From: a virus
Taxonomy: Duplodnaviria; Caudoviricetes
Direction: 5' to 3' (one strand)
DNA length: 52,977 nucleotides
IMG/VR virus record: IMGVR_UViG_3300020438_000057
Coordinates: 1 to 52,977 of that record
This document shows positions 17,094 through 25,993 of the stretch, in pieces. A model generated the notes under the pieces. That model made no database searches and was not told the DNA's origin. It saw only the letters and a list, made by a program, of their open reading frames with translations. Made by a program: the position numbers and the translations under genes. How positions within the stretch are numbered: the stretch's first letter is position 1; each line of letters starts with the position of its first letter.

Positions 17094-18150
17094 TAGCTAC
17101 AGGTTGTGATTTTCGTAATTCTTTCAGGCCATTAAGCATACCAGTCCACTGATTTGCCCTTATGTCCCAGTTATAACAATTATCTGCCCACTGTTTAGCG
17201 AAATGAAGCTTAGATAACATATCTTCAGAATTATGATTGTCGATTGCACCTTTTAGAAAATTTGCAAAAACATTCGCATGAAATTGTAAGTTTTCGTTCC
17301 AGTGATACATTGTAGCTAAACCACCAGTTGTTTCAGGAAGTGCTCCATAGTTAGGACATACTACTTGACAACCAGCCGACATTGCTTCAATAGCGGCAAT
17401 ACATGATGTTTCTTGCCAAATACTAGGATATGCAAAGATGTGTGATTTTGCTAAAGCTTCTCTCACTACTGCATTTGGTTTAAAACCATGATAAGTCATA
17501 CCTTCATGTTTTTTAATCTCATCAAAGATTTCTTGAAATGGTTCATCTCTCTTTGGCCAACCATAAGCTTCAAATGAAGAATATACGTCAAAATGTATTT
17601 TATCTTTGTAGCCGTTTTCCCACAAAGCTTTAATTCCAGCTACTGCAATATTTAATCCTCTGTGAGGTGTAGTATGATAAATTATACGAATAACATTTTT
17701 ATCTTTGTTCCAAGTACCATTTGTATTTGTTGATAACAAAATAGGTTCTATGGCATTTTTCAGAATAAATGATTCGCTCCAGTTTATACCATACATCATA
17801 TTAAACTGTTGCCACTGCCAATCTGATACAAAAACTAAACGAGAAAATCTCTTTCTTAGTTCCGCATCTTTTAAATGAGCATTTTCTGGATCACTTGCTA
17901 AATCATGCAACCAAAGAATATTTTCTTTTTCTTGAGAAATAGTACGAACTCTAGATTTAATAATATTAAATTCGTCTAATAAATCTTTTGGTAATCTCTC
18001 AGTAAGTGCATTACTCATGAGTTCAGTACCACCATATGATTCGTAATATGTACCATCGTCTTTCATTTGGCCTTTACTGCCATCTGCTATTTGAGTTTTC
18101 AATGATATCTCATCTGGGTGTTCTTCTTTAATTGCTTCTGCTTCAGCCAT
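17083..18150 (-). CDS. glycosyltransferase, GT-B (GT4/Glycos_transf_1-like)
   Basis: GGTEL, LWLHD, FVSDWQ, YHTTPHRGL, FAYPSIWQETSCIAAIEAMSAG. Confidence 0.9.
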   Translation of the reverse strand: MAEAEAIKEEHPDEISLKTQIADGSKGQMKDDGTYYESYGGTELMSNALTERLPKDLLDEFNIIKSRVRTISQEKENILWLHDLASDPENAHLKDAELRKRFSRLVFVSDWQWQQFNMMYGINWSESFILKNAIEPILLSTNTNGTWNKDKNVIRIIYHTTPHRGLNIAVAGIKALWENGYKDKIHFDVYSSFEAYGWPKRDEPFQEIFDEIKKHEGMTYHGFKPNAVVREALAKSHIFAYPSIWQETSCIAAIEAMSAGCQVVCPNYGALPETTGGLATMYHWNENLQFHANVFANFLKGAIDNHNSEDMLSKLHFAKQWADNCYNWDIRANQWTGMLNGLKELRKSQPVANDG

Positions 18151-18478
18151 TATTTACTCCTATTAATGAATCCCAACGAAAAGAACGCCAATCTTTCTTT
18201 TCGGTGTCATATACTGCAAGATACTCTTTGAGAATTTCTCTTTCGACATTTGCTTTAGGGCCCAGAGGATCTCTGTTAGCACCAGCATATCCGTGGATAT
18301 CTTCGCTCAATGTCGCTTTCATTCTGCGAGTAGTACCATCTTTTTTTGTGAAATTTATAGTTAGAACACCTTCTTCAAGTTGTTCTACAATTCTTTGTTT
18401 TTCAATGTCTTTCATAATGTCAGTATCAAACTCCATACTTTGCATATTATAATTATTCATAATGTATTTAGCTCCCAT
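18143..18478 (-). CDS. SH3/Sm-like beta-barrel protein (WYL_2/DUF2693-like)
   Basis: INFTKKDGTTRRMKATL...VYDTEKKDWRSFRWDSL. Confidence 0.8.
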   Translation of the reverse strand: MGAKYIMNNYNMQSMEFDTDIMKDIEKQRIVEQLEEGVLTINFTKKDGTTRRMKATLSEDIHGYAGANRDPLGPKANVEREILKEYLAVYDTEKKDWRSFRWDSLIGVNNG

Positions 18479-18704
18479 TAAAATGCATAAGATGTATCTC
18501 TAAATCGTTAAATCCACCTATATGCTTATCGCCATCAAATATTTGAGGTACAGTTTTGTACCCACTCTCTTTAATAAATGCTAGTGACTTACTATCTTCA
18601 TAGATATCGATATACTTATATTCAATATTATCTGAAGATAATAAGTCTTTAGCACGTTCACACCAACCACAATAAGGACGTCCGTAGATGGTGTACATTA
18701 GCAA
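18468..18704 (-). CDS. glutaredoxin
   Basis: CGWC, TVPQIF, HIGGFNDL. Confidence 0.93.
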   Translation of the reverse strand: MLMYTIYGRPYCGWCERAKDLLSSDNIEYKYIDIYEDSKSLAFIKESGYKTVPQIFDGDKHIGGFNDLEIHLMHFNGS

Positions 18705-18991
18705 CCTATATCGTCTAGGTTTTCTTCACTAAGACTACTCGTTACATTTTCATTTAGAACTGCCGGTGATGTATATTCACTAAAATATTTATCAAGCATT
18801 TCTAGATGATCTTCATATCTTGCCATTTCGTCTAACTGCTTTTCAACTTCATCCATAACTTGAGAGTGTTCACCAACACCCACAGGATTTGTCAAATAGA
18901 TTTCAACATTAACACGATGCTTATCAATATGTGCTTTTGCATGATCTCTAACGGCATCTAGCATTTGTCTTCTTAACCCAGTCATACTCAT
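18698..18991 (-). CDS. conserved marine-phage hypothetical protein
   Basis: KHRVNVEIYLTNPVGVGEH. Confidence 0.75.
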   Translation of the reverse strand: MSMTGLRRQMLDAVRDHAKAHIDKHRVNVEIYLTNPVGVGEHSQVMDEVEKQLDEMARYEDHLEMLDKYFSEYTSPAVLNENVTSSLSEENLDDIGC

Positions 18992-19086
18992 CTCCTTATA
19001 ATGTTATGCCCAACTTAAACGATAGCATAATCAATAGAATTATTATTAATAATAATATAACATTATTGAGTGTCATCTGTCAAGAC

Positions 19087-19401
19087 TCAATCTTCAATAG
19101 GATCTTCCCAACCAAATGATCCCATTTTACTTTTGAAGTTCTTCAACTTCTCATCATATTTTTTATTTGTCGCATCGTTCATGTTAGCAAGATGATAACC
19201 AGCATCCTTATCAACTTCTCTAATCTCTAGAAAAATCTTTTCGTTTGCACTAAGTTGTTTGGATCTTTGCATAAAAATAAATGCTCTATATAATTGATAT
19301 CTTACGACATCACATACTTTACATGTGTTATCGTATACAGTTGTTACAACTGCCATAGCCGTATTCCTTTCTGAAAAAATGTTAAGAGAATGAGTTTTCA
19401 C
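19087..19401 (-). CDS. hypothetical protein (start probably at MAVVTT)
   Basis: AAAGGAA RBS before internal ATG. Confidence 0.6.
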   Translation of the reverse strand: MKTHSLNIFSERNTAMAVVTTVYDNTCKVCDVVRYQLYRAFIFMQRSKQLSANEKIFLEIREVDKDAGYHLANMNDATNKKYDEKLKNFKSKMGSFGWEDPIED

Positions 19402-19447
19402 TCATCAGTATATATAATCGTTTAGCATTGAACTATATGCATATCAC

Positions 19448-20425
19448 CTATTTAAGTTTGAGAAAGCTACCTATATTTGTACTGTCATAGCATATTCGAT
19501 TTATAAACCAATTATAAAATGTTCTGTAGTTTTCTTTCATTATACCATTTGGTTGATTTTGTACTTTATGCCATGTTCTATCTAAGTCTTTCAAATCGCC
19601 TTCTATTACTGCAAAGTTATAATCTGCTCTACCAAATCTAACGATAGGTACGTCATGTAACATGGCCTCTTTTGCTGAACCAGAGTTTATAACATATACT
19701 GCTTTTGCTTGTTTGAATAGAGAGTGTATATTTACCTCATGATCAATAAAGTAACAGTTATCCATTCTTTTAGTAAACTGTCGCACATCTTCTAAACTTC
19801 CTGGATTTGCGGGATGATTCTTGAATATTAAATTAATTCTTTTATCATAAGTCCATTCCATGAGTTTTACTGCCCATGATATTACTTTAAGTCCACTATG
19901 ATATTTTATTGTTTCATCATGTGGTAATTGTAATGGTACAAATATATAATCACCTACATTATTTACAAAATTGCCAGACGGTTGAGCAAATTTAGATTCA
20001 CCTCTCAATGCTCTTTCTCTAAACAGTTCAAATGTTCTGTCTTCATCAGGTGCAACTTCCCAACCAGCTTTTGAATGTGATGAATTTCCTCCCCAACCTT
20101 CTTTATCGATTGTAAACAACCAAGGAAAAACTGTCTGCATATAATATCTGCATCTTGCATCACCATTAAATTGTTGACTAGAAGTGTGAGGTATGTAAGC
20201 TATATCAGGATCAAATTGTGTGACATACCCAGAGTCAAATTTCCATCTTTGATCTTCTACCACAATAACCTTATCATGTCTCATAGCATGATATTCATGT
20301 AACTTATCTACAAAGTTTTGCCAATGAACTCGTATAGGTTCTATGTGTTTCTTTCTTATCTCTAAACCAAATCTTTTAAATGGCAAATCTAGTCTTGGTT
20401 TAAGAATTAATACTTTTCTTGACAT
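19448..20425 (-). CDS. KpsS/KpsC-like (Capsule_synth) glycosyltransferase, candidate beta-Kdo transferase
   Basis: VPLQLPHDETIKYHS (QxxxD), IFKNHP (HP), VINSGSAKEAMLHDVPIVRFGRADY. Confidence 0.75.
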   Translation of the reverse strand: MSRKVLILKPRLDLPFKRFGLEIRKKHIEPIRVHWQNFVDKLHEYHAMRHDKVIVVEDQRWKFDSGYVTQFDPDIAYIPHTSSQQFNGDARCRYYMQTVFPWLFTIDKEGWGGNSSHSKAGWEVAPDEDRTFELFRERALRGESKFAQPSGNFVNNVGDYIFVPLQLPHDETIKYHSGLKVISWAVKLMEWTYDKRINLIFKNHPANPGSLEDVRQFTKRMDNCYFIDHEVNIHSLFKQAKAVYVINSGSAKEAMLHDVPIVRFGRADYNFAVIEGDLKDLDRTWHKVQNQPNGIMKENYRTFYNWFINRICYDSTNIGSFLKLK

Positions 20426-21153
20426 TACTTATCCCATACTCTATGTAAAGATCCTGGCAATCTATTAAAATTATTTTTAGCGGCCACATATTTTTTATTT
20501 TCATACTTTCTAGGCCCTTTACCAGTCCATATAACTGTGTTATCAATGAACTCCCAATCCATAAAATTACCATCGAACTTCGTTATGTCTTTATCTTCGA
20601 CTCTTTCAAATACTTCAGCGAGAGATATTTGATCAATAAACCATCTCATAGGGCCTTCAGATATTCTTTCTGTTACTGCATTTGCTATTGGTAATGCTCT
20701 TCTATCCATGTAAACACAACCAGCGGCAACTTTTGTACCTTTTGCTTCCCAACCAATTGTACCTTGTAATGATTGTCGAGGAAAGTAACCAGTAGGTGTA
20801 TCAGGATAGTCAAAGTCATTCATAAATATACAATCAGTATCGACAGTTAAAACTTTATCTGCTGACTTAATTATCTCTGGTAGTATCATAAATCGTAAAC
20901 AAGAATAGTAAGCACGAACATCTATTGGTGTTGCACCTATCTCATTGTATGTAAAAGTTATATCTACATCAATATCTTGTCTTAACAGTGATTCTAATCT
21001 ATGAACTCTACCAGTAGGATCACATATATGAATGTGAATATCTTTACCTATATCATTCAGAGAATATATTAAAGATGGTGCATGTTCATAGAAGTATTCT
21101 CTATCACAAGCGGCAAAGACTACAGGTTTAGTAGGAAGTTCTCCGTATATCAT
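20425..21153 (-). CDS. GT-A-fold glycosyltransferase-like protein
   Basis: FAACD, YYSCLRF, VLTVDTD (DxD), WFIDQ, IWTGKG. Confidence 0.65.
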   Translation of the reverse strand: MIYGELPTKPVVFAACDREYFYEHAPSLIYSLNDIGKDIHIHICDPTGRVHRLESLLRQDIDVDITFTYNEIGATPIDVRAYYSCLRFMILPEIIKSADKVLTVDTDCIFMNDFDYPDTPTGYFPRQSLQGTIGWEAKGTKVAAGCVYMDRRALPIANAVTERISEGPMRWFIDQISLAEVFERVEDKDITKFDGNFMDWEFIDNTVIWTGKGPRKYENKKYVAAKNNFNRLPGSLHRVWDK

Positions 21154-21581
21154 GATGATCTATTCCCTCTCAATGCAAAGAATAAAGCACCAACCCATAG
21201 AAATACATGTAGATTATCATACATTATAACGTCCATAAGACTTGCTGGTTCACCAACCCATATCACACCAGTCATGATGCAACATAGTACGATACCACTA
21301 AAACGAGTAAAGAAGTCTCCCCAAGGTTCTACAATATCATGTCCGATTGCATAGTGCATAAACTCTGGTGTCTTCCATAATAATCCACCTATAATTAACC
21401 CTATGCCACCTAGCAGTTCACCATATGCAACAAACCACCAAACAAGATATGATAAGTCATATGTCGCCGCCTCTTCAGCACTGACAGGTAACTTCATAAT
21501 ACCTTGCTGAATAAAAACTACTATCAATGGTAATCTAAGTAACCAGTGACTTTGACAAAAATCTGGTATTCTAATCTTCAT
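21150..21581 (-). CDS. DoxX-family membrane protein
   Basis: LLRLPLIVVFIQQGIMK, VAYGELLGGIGLIIG; four TM helices. Confidence 0.75.
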   Translation of the reverse strand: MKIRIPDFCQSHWLLRLPLIVVFIQQGIMKLPVSAEEAATYDLSYLVWWFVAYGELLGGIGLIIGGLLWKTPEFMHYAIGHDIVEPWGDFFTRFSGIVLCCIMTGVIWVGEPASLMDVIMYDNLHVFLWVGALFFALRGNRSS

Positions 21582-21582
21582 T

Positions 21583-21837
21583 TCACTCTCCGTCTTTCAT
21601 AAAATCATTATAGTTTATCGAACCCCAATCCAGATTGTAATGTTCTGGATACTTCTTATCTTTCTCAAATTGTGTCAGTAGCTTATTTAATTCTATAGTT
21701 TCGGGGTGTTCCCATGTTCTAAGCTTCTGAAGTATTTTATTATCAGGATCTTTTTCTAATAGCTGACAGGCAGTCCAGTCCATAATCAATTGTCTCAAAG
21801 GAGTGTTTATAGCACCTGCCATTAGTTCTCTCTCCAT
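21583..21837 (-). CDS. hypothetical protein
   Basis: Operon position. Confidence 0.6.
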   Translation of the reverse strand: MERELMAGAINTPLRQLIMDWTACQLLEKDPDNKILQKLRTWEHPETIELNKLLTQFEKDKKYPEHYNLDWGSINYNDFMKDGE

Positions 21838-22094
21838 CTAAAAGTATTTTCTGTACAGAAGTTACGTAGAAACTTACAGTTGTTATCACCTCTACACACT
21901 CTCTCATGCTTGCTATTCTGCCAACACTCTGAAGTCCATGCACTTACATATTTGTTGACAACTCTATCCCACGTATCATCGATTGTAAATAGTCCTAAGA
22001 CAGGCAATATCATTGTCAAAAATATAATCCATAAAAAAGCAGGTGCAAAACCCTTATTATGATATGCTTTGTTACTCATTTCAAAAACCTTCAA
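21822..22094 (-). CDS. hypothetical membrane protein with Cys-rich C-terminus
   Basis: One TM, four Cys. Confidence 0.6.
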   Translation of the reverse strand: MKVFEMSNKAYHNKGFAPAFLWIIFLTMILPVLGLFTIDDTWDRVVNKYVSAWTSECWQNSKHERVCRGDNNCKFLRNFCTENTFRWREN

Positions 22095-22287
22095 TATAAA
22101 ATATTAAACTTATCCCAATCGCAAACCAGACAAATGGTGCTTTAGGATTTTCTACTAACCACTTCAATCCTGTATACTTCAGTATAAGAGACTCACTCTG
22201 ATCTTCTATTGGTATCTTACCATCTAGAGTATACTTCTCTTTACCTCTAGGATTAGGTGGCCCATTTATAAAATTCTGTCCAGGCAT
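22081..22287 (-). CDS. hypothetical membrane protein
   Basis: C-terminal TM. Confidence 0.6.
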   Translation of the reverse strand: MPGQNFINGPPNPRGKEKYTLDGKIPIEDQSESLILKYTGLKWLVENPKAPFVWFAIGISLIFYIEGF

Positions 22288-22436
22288 TAGCTTGACATAT
22301 CTTTCAACATTGAGTTCATTTCTTCAATGTTAGCTTCCATTTCGTCCATTCTACTATCTATCGCTAGAGTAGTCATTACACTTAAACAACCTGCAACGAT
22401 TATCATTCCCCACATTATAATACCAAAATGTTTCAT
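22287..22436 (-). CDS. 49-aa membrane microprotein (not in ORF track)
   Basis: MKHFGIIMWGMIIVAGCLSVMTTLAID...; overlaps both neighbours. Confidence 0.55.
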   Translation of the reverse strand: MKHFGIIMWGMIIVAGCLSVMTTLAIDSRMDEMEANIEEMNSMLKDMSS

Positions 22437-22864
22437 TCGTGTTCTCCTCCATTACCTCTTCCATTATAATTAAATACATGTGGTTTTCTTTTAGCAGTTT
22501 CAAATGTAGCTACCGTAATTACAATGGCGGCAATAATACATAAGTGTGCTACTACAGAAAACCCCCATATCCACATACTACCATATGCGAGTGCAAAACT
22601 ACTTGCCCAAGTCCAAGCAAGAATTTGTAGTATCATATGTCTAGCTTGTAAGCTAGGAATATTTCTGAGTGGATTTACATCAGCGTTCATTAATGCATTC
22701 CACATATTATAAATTGCTTCTCTCATTGAGAATACTCCTTCTTCAAATATTACTTTCTTAGGATAATGTGCATCAGCAGAATCACGCCAATCTATAGCAT
22801 CATACAAGTCATGAAACTTTTGTGTGATCTTGTGATTTTTAAAAAATGCAGTTACCCTATACAT
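22433..22864 (-). CDS. hypothetical membrane protein (possible internal start at MREAIY)
   Basis: NPLRNIP...HMILQILAWTW; internal GAAGGAG RBS. Confidence 0.65.
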   Translation of the reverse strand: MYRVTAFFKNHKITQKFHDLYDAIDWRDSADAHYPKKVIFEEGVFSMREAIYNMWNALMNADVNPLRNIPSLQARHMILQILAWTWASSFALAYGSMWIWGFSVVAHLCIIAAIVITVATFETAKRKPHVFNYNGRGNGGEHE

Positions 22865-23295
22865 TATAGTGCTTTCAGTATCTTCTTGAATTTCTTCTTA
22901 GACTTACCTCTGAACTTATGCTTTTTTACTTCAGCTAAGTTTACATCAGAATCACCTACTATGACAACACCAATCATACCCATAGTTGCATGTGGTGTGC
23001 AGACATACAGATAAGCACCTTCTTGTTCGAAAGTATAAGAAAATTCTGCACTGAGTTTACTCTTTACTTTTTCGACACCATCAGGTACAGATACAAATTG
23101 TACATTGTGTCCTTTCGATGCTGGTAACCATGTAATCGTATCACCTACATCTATTCGTGCTATATCTTCACTGTATAGCATTTTCTGTTTGCCTTTTTTG
23201 TTAAGCATATCTATGGACATATCTTCTGCTTTCGCAGATAAAACCATGCCACCCATAAAACATGCTACAATAAGAATTAAATATAAATTTTTCAT
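22864..23295 (-). CDS. paz: pseudoazurin (type-1 blue copper protein)
   Basis: Signal peptide; IDMLNK, GDTITW...GHNV, YVCTPHATMGMIG = His/Cys/His/Met Cu ligands. Confidence 0.88.
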   Translation of the reverse strand: MKNLYLILIVACFMGGMVLSAKAEDMSIDMLNKKGKQKMLYSEDIARIDVGDTITWLPASKGHNVQFVSVPDGVEKVKSKLSAEFSYTFEQEGAYLYVCTPHATMGMIGVVIVGDSDVNLAEVKKHKFRGKSKKKFKKILKAL

Positions 23296-23513
23296 TCATC
23301 TATCTCCATATTTGAGTTGTAATCTTCTTTCCAAGCTGGATCAGATTGTGATGCAGTTGGATCGTCTAAAAAATTATTAAAGCCCATCACTAGTATTAAA
23401 AGAATAGCTATCACTGATATCCATTTTAGAAATGTAATAAAGCCTTTATAAGTTCTCTGAGCCTCTTCTAAAGCTTGTTGTTTGATATCATCGCTCAACC
23501 TATAAAACTCCAT
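23292..23513 (-). CDS. aa3-type cytochrome c oxidase subunit IV-like protein
   Basis: EAQRTYKGFITFLKW followed by one TM helix resembles alphaproteobacterial CtaH (..EKTF.GF...). Confidence 0.6.
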   Translation of the reverse strand: MEFYRLSDDIKQQALEEAQRTYKGFITFLKWISVIAILLILVMGFNNFLDDPTASQSDPAWKEDYNSNMEIDE

Positions 23514-23607
23514 ACTATGATGTTCAATAATAAAGTACCACCAAGGGCACCTGCCATAATTAAGAAAAGCGATAAGCCTTCGCTTTTTGTTGGATCAAAT
23601 TCGTACT

Positions 23608-24336
23608 TCATTTTCCTATTATCCCATATGTTACACCACGATCTACTTCGTAGTCTTCTAATTTATAACCTTCAAGTATTGCTTCATCGTAAGCTTTCTC
23701 GTATATCTCAACCAAGTCTTTACGAGGGTGTTCTTGAACTTGGCCAGTAAACCAAGCAGGGCGCCAAGGTTGAGTTGCCATATGTGTATAGTGCAATTGA
23801 TAGATTTCATCAGTATCACCATCGTGTGAGTTCCATCTCTTATCTAATGTACCGACTAAATCATTTTGTATGAAAAGATTAATAAATTGATGGTGTGCAG
23901 TAGCATCTTCTTTCCATGTTTCTACTGCTGGTACTACACTCTTCCACTTAGCACAATCATAAACAATTACACAAAACTCTTTACCACCAAATCTTTCACC
24001 ATCTCTTGCAATACATAGTTTACCTTCGGGTATTTCTATATCAATCAATTCAGCCATATCTTTTATATTAATCATATCAACATCTGTATAGATTGCTTTA
24101 CCTTCAAAGTTACACGCTTCAGGTATACCCCAACGAAAACCGGAGAATGGTGTACTCCAGTTCTGATCGGCCCAACCATGCCAAAAAGATGTCTCATCAT
24201 TAGTTTGTCGCATCCAAGTTATCTCAACTGGGCGACTACAGTTCTTTCGTATTGAATGCTCATAAGCCATTTCTATTTTTGCATCTTCACCATTAGATGA
24301 GGTACCAATAAAAAGTTTCACTGTATCATTTGCCAT
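23608..24336 (-). CDS. GT-A glycosyltransferase (GT8-like)
   Basis: STPFSGFRWGIP, AIYTDVDM (DxD), WNSHDG, LHYTHMATQPW. Confidence 0.8.
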   Translation of the reverse strand: MANDTVKLFIGTSSNGEDAKIEMAYEHSIRKNCSRPVEITWMRQTNDETSFWHGWADQNWSTPFSGFRWGIPEACNFEGKAIYTDVDMINIKDMAELIDIEIPEGKLCIARDGERFGGKEFCVIVYDCAKWKSVVPAVETWKEDATAHHQFINLFIQNDLVGTLDKRWNSHDGDTDEIYQLHYTHMATQPWRPAWFTGQVQEHPRKDLVEIYEKAYDEAILEGYKLEDYEVDRGVTYGIIGK

Positions 24337-24775
24337 AGTTTCTACCTTCTCTTATGTGTTCTGGTTTCTTGTACCATTTACCATTTATGTTATCATTATA
24401 GTAACTACTATCTTCTAACACATTTTTTAAAAATAACTGTTTAACTTCTTCATAGTTTACATCACCTTTAGTCGTATGTAAAGACAAAATTTGTCTTTTA
24501 TAGTTATTTTTTTCTTTTATTTTGATTTGTTCTAGTAATTCTTTAGATGAACCATAGTATTTCTTCCAGTCAGATTCTGATCTAACTCGTTTAGATTTAC
24601 CTTTCGTTTTTCTAAGTTGATGAAAATACTTTCTACCTATGTACTTTTTGTCTGTATCTAATTCTGTGATAAGATACACAAATCCTACATAAGATTTTAT
24701 GTCTTTTGTTGTGAATGGTATGCCATTAAATGTCCAAGGGTTATCATAATCAATTTCCGTAATCGTCCTCGTCAT
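24326..24775 (-). CDS. GIY-YIG nuclease, endonuclease II (DenA)-like
   Basis: GFVYLIT...KKYIGRK, SDWKKYYGSS, YYNDNING. Confidence 0.8.
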   Translation of the reverse strand: MTRTITEIDYDNPWTFNGIPFTTKDIKSYVGFVYLITELDTDKKYIGRKYFHQLRKTKGKSKRVRSESDWKKYYGSSKELLEQIKIKEKNNYKRQILSLHTTKGDVNYEEVKQLFLKNVLEDSSYYNDNINGKWYKKPEHIREGRNYGK

Positions 24776-24944
24776 ATTCTAGCTCATCAACCTCTTCTTC
24801 TTCTAAATCGTCCAAGTCTATATCTGCCCCACAATAAGGACAATATATTGGTTCATTCTTGCTAGTATTTATACCGACAATTTCATACTCTGCTCCACAC
24901 TCGGTACACTCAAGTTCGTATGTTATTTCTTCTTTATCTGCCAT
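24750..24944 (-). CDS. small zinc-ribbon protein with acidic tail
   Basis: CTECG...CPYCG, D/E-rich C-terminus. Confidence 0.75.
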   Translation of the reverse strand: MADKEEITYELECTECGAEYEIVGINTSKNEPIYCPYCGADIDLDDLEEEEVDELEYDEDDYGN

Positions 24945-24946
24945 AT

Positions 24947-25993
24947 CTATACCCCGTAGATAGTGTTATGTGTGTTGTTGACACGTACAAACGTAGTACA
25001 CTTACTTAGTTGTTTTAAATTACTTGCTCCTACATATGTACACGCTGAACGAACACCACTAAGTATATCTACTACAGTAGGTTTTACTGCACCTCTATAC
25101 GGCACTGTTACTGTTTTACCCTCTGAACCACGATACTCGTTCTTTATTAGATTACCATGTTTCTCCATTGCAGTTTCTGAAGCCATACCATAGAACTTCA
25201 TTCCTACTGGAGTTGGATTATCATCTTCGAATATTAAGTCACCAGCACATTCATTATGTCCTGATAGCATACCACCAATCATCACAAAGTCAGCACCAGC
25301 GGCAAATGCTTTCACAATATCTCCTGGTGTATTGCAACCACCATCAGCAATTACATGTCCACCAAGTCCGTGAGCGGCATCTGCACATTCAATTACTGCA
25401 CTCAACTGTGGATAACCCACACCAGTTTTAATTCGTGTAGTACATACTGAGCCAGGGCCTACACCTACTTTTACTACATCTGCACCAGCTAATATAAGTT
25501 CTTGTGTCATATCAGCAGTTACAACATTACCGCAAACGATTGTAGCATCTGGTAATTTATCTCTAAGTTTTTTAAGAGCATCTACAACCGCAATAGTATA
25601 ACCATTTGCAACATCAATACCGATAAAAGACATACGTGTACTATTCCATATCTCAATAACACGATTCATTTCTTCATCTGATATACCAGCTAAACAACCT
25701 AAGAACTCTCTTCCTTTATCCATGTACACCACTTTCCACCACTCGTCACTTAGATTGAGTGCTTTTGCTATACATGTTACCATATGAAATTCTGTAAGTG
25801 CAGAATGCATTTTGAAAGTACCTACAACGTCCATATTAGCGGCCATGATAGGTACACCAGTCCATTCTCTTTCGCTATGTCTGAACTTATATGTTCTTTC
25901 TATATCAACACTTGCTCTTGTTTTCAATGTAGAACGCTTCGGACGAATCAATACGTCCGAATAATCTAACTTAATATCTTCACTAATTAACAT
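24947..25993 (-). CDS. guaC: GMP reductase
   Basis: [54 protein letters not shown]. Confidence 0.95.
   Translation of the reverse strand: MLISEDIKLDYSDVLIRPKRSTLKTRASVDIERTYKFRHSEREWTGVPIMAANMDVVGTFKMHSALTEFHMVTCIAKALNLSDEWWKVVYMDKGREFLGCLAGISDEEMNRVIEIWNSTRMSFIGIDVANGYTIAVVDALKKLRDKLPDATIVCGNVVTADMTQELILAGADVVKVGVGPGSVCTTRIKTGVGYPQLSAVIECADAAHGLGGHVIADGGCNTPGDIVKAFAAGADFVMIGGMLSGHNECAGDLIFEDDNPTPVGMKFYGMASETAMEKHGNLIKNEYRGSEGKTVTVPYRGAVKPTVVDILSGVRSACTYVGASNLKQLSKCTTFVRVNNTHNTIYGV

Noticed and set aside
24326-24775. Mobile homing endonuclease
   Set aside because: Only the GIY-YIG catalytic domain, no DNA-binding repeats; fits endonuclease II-like core gene next to RNR
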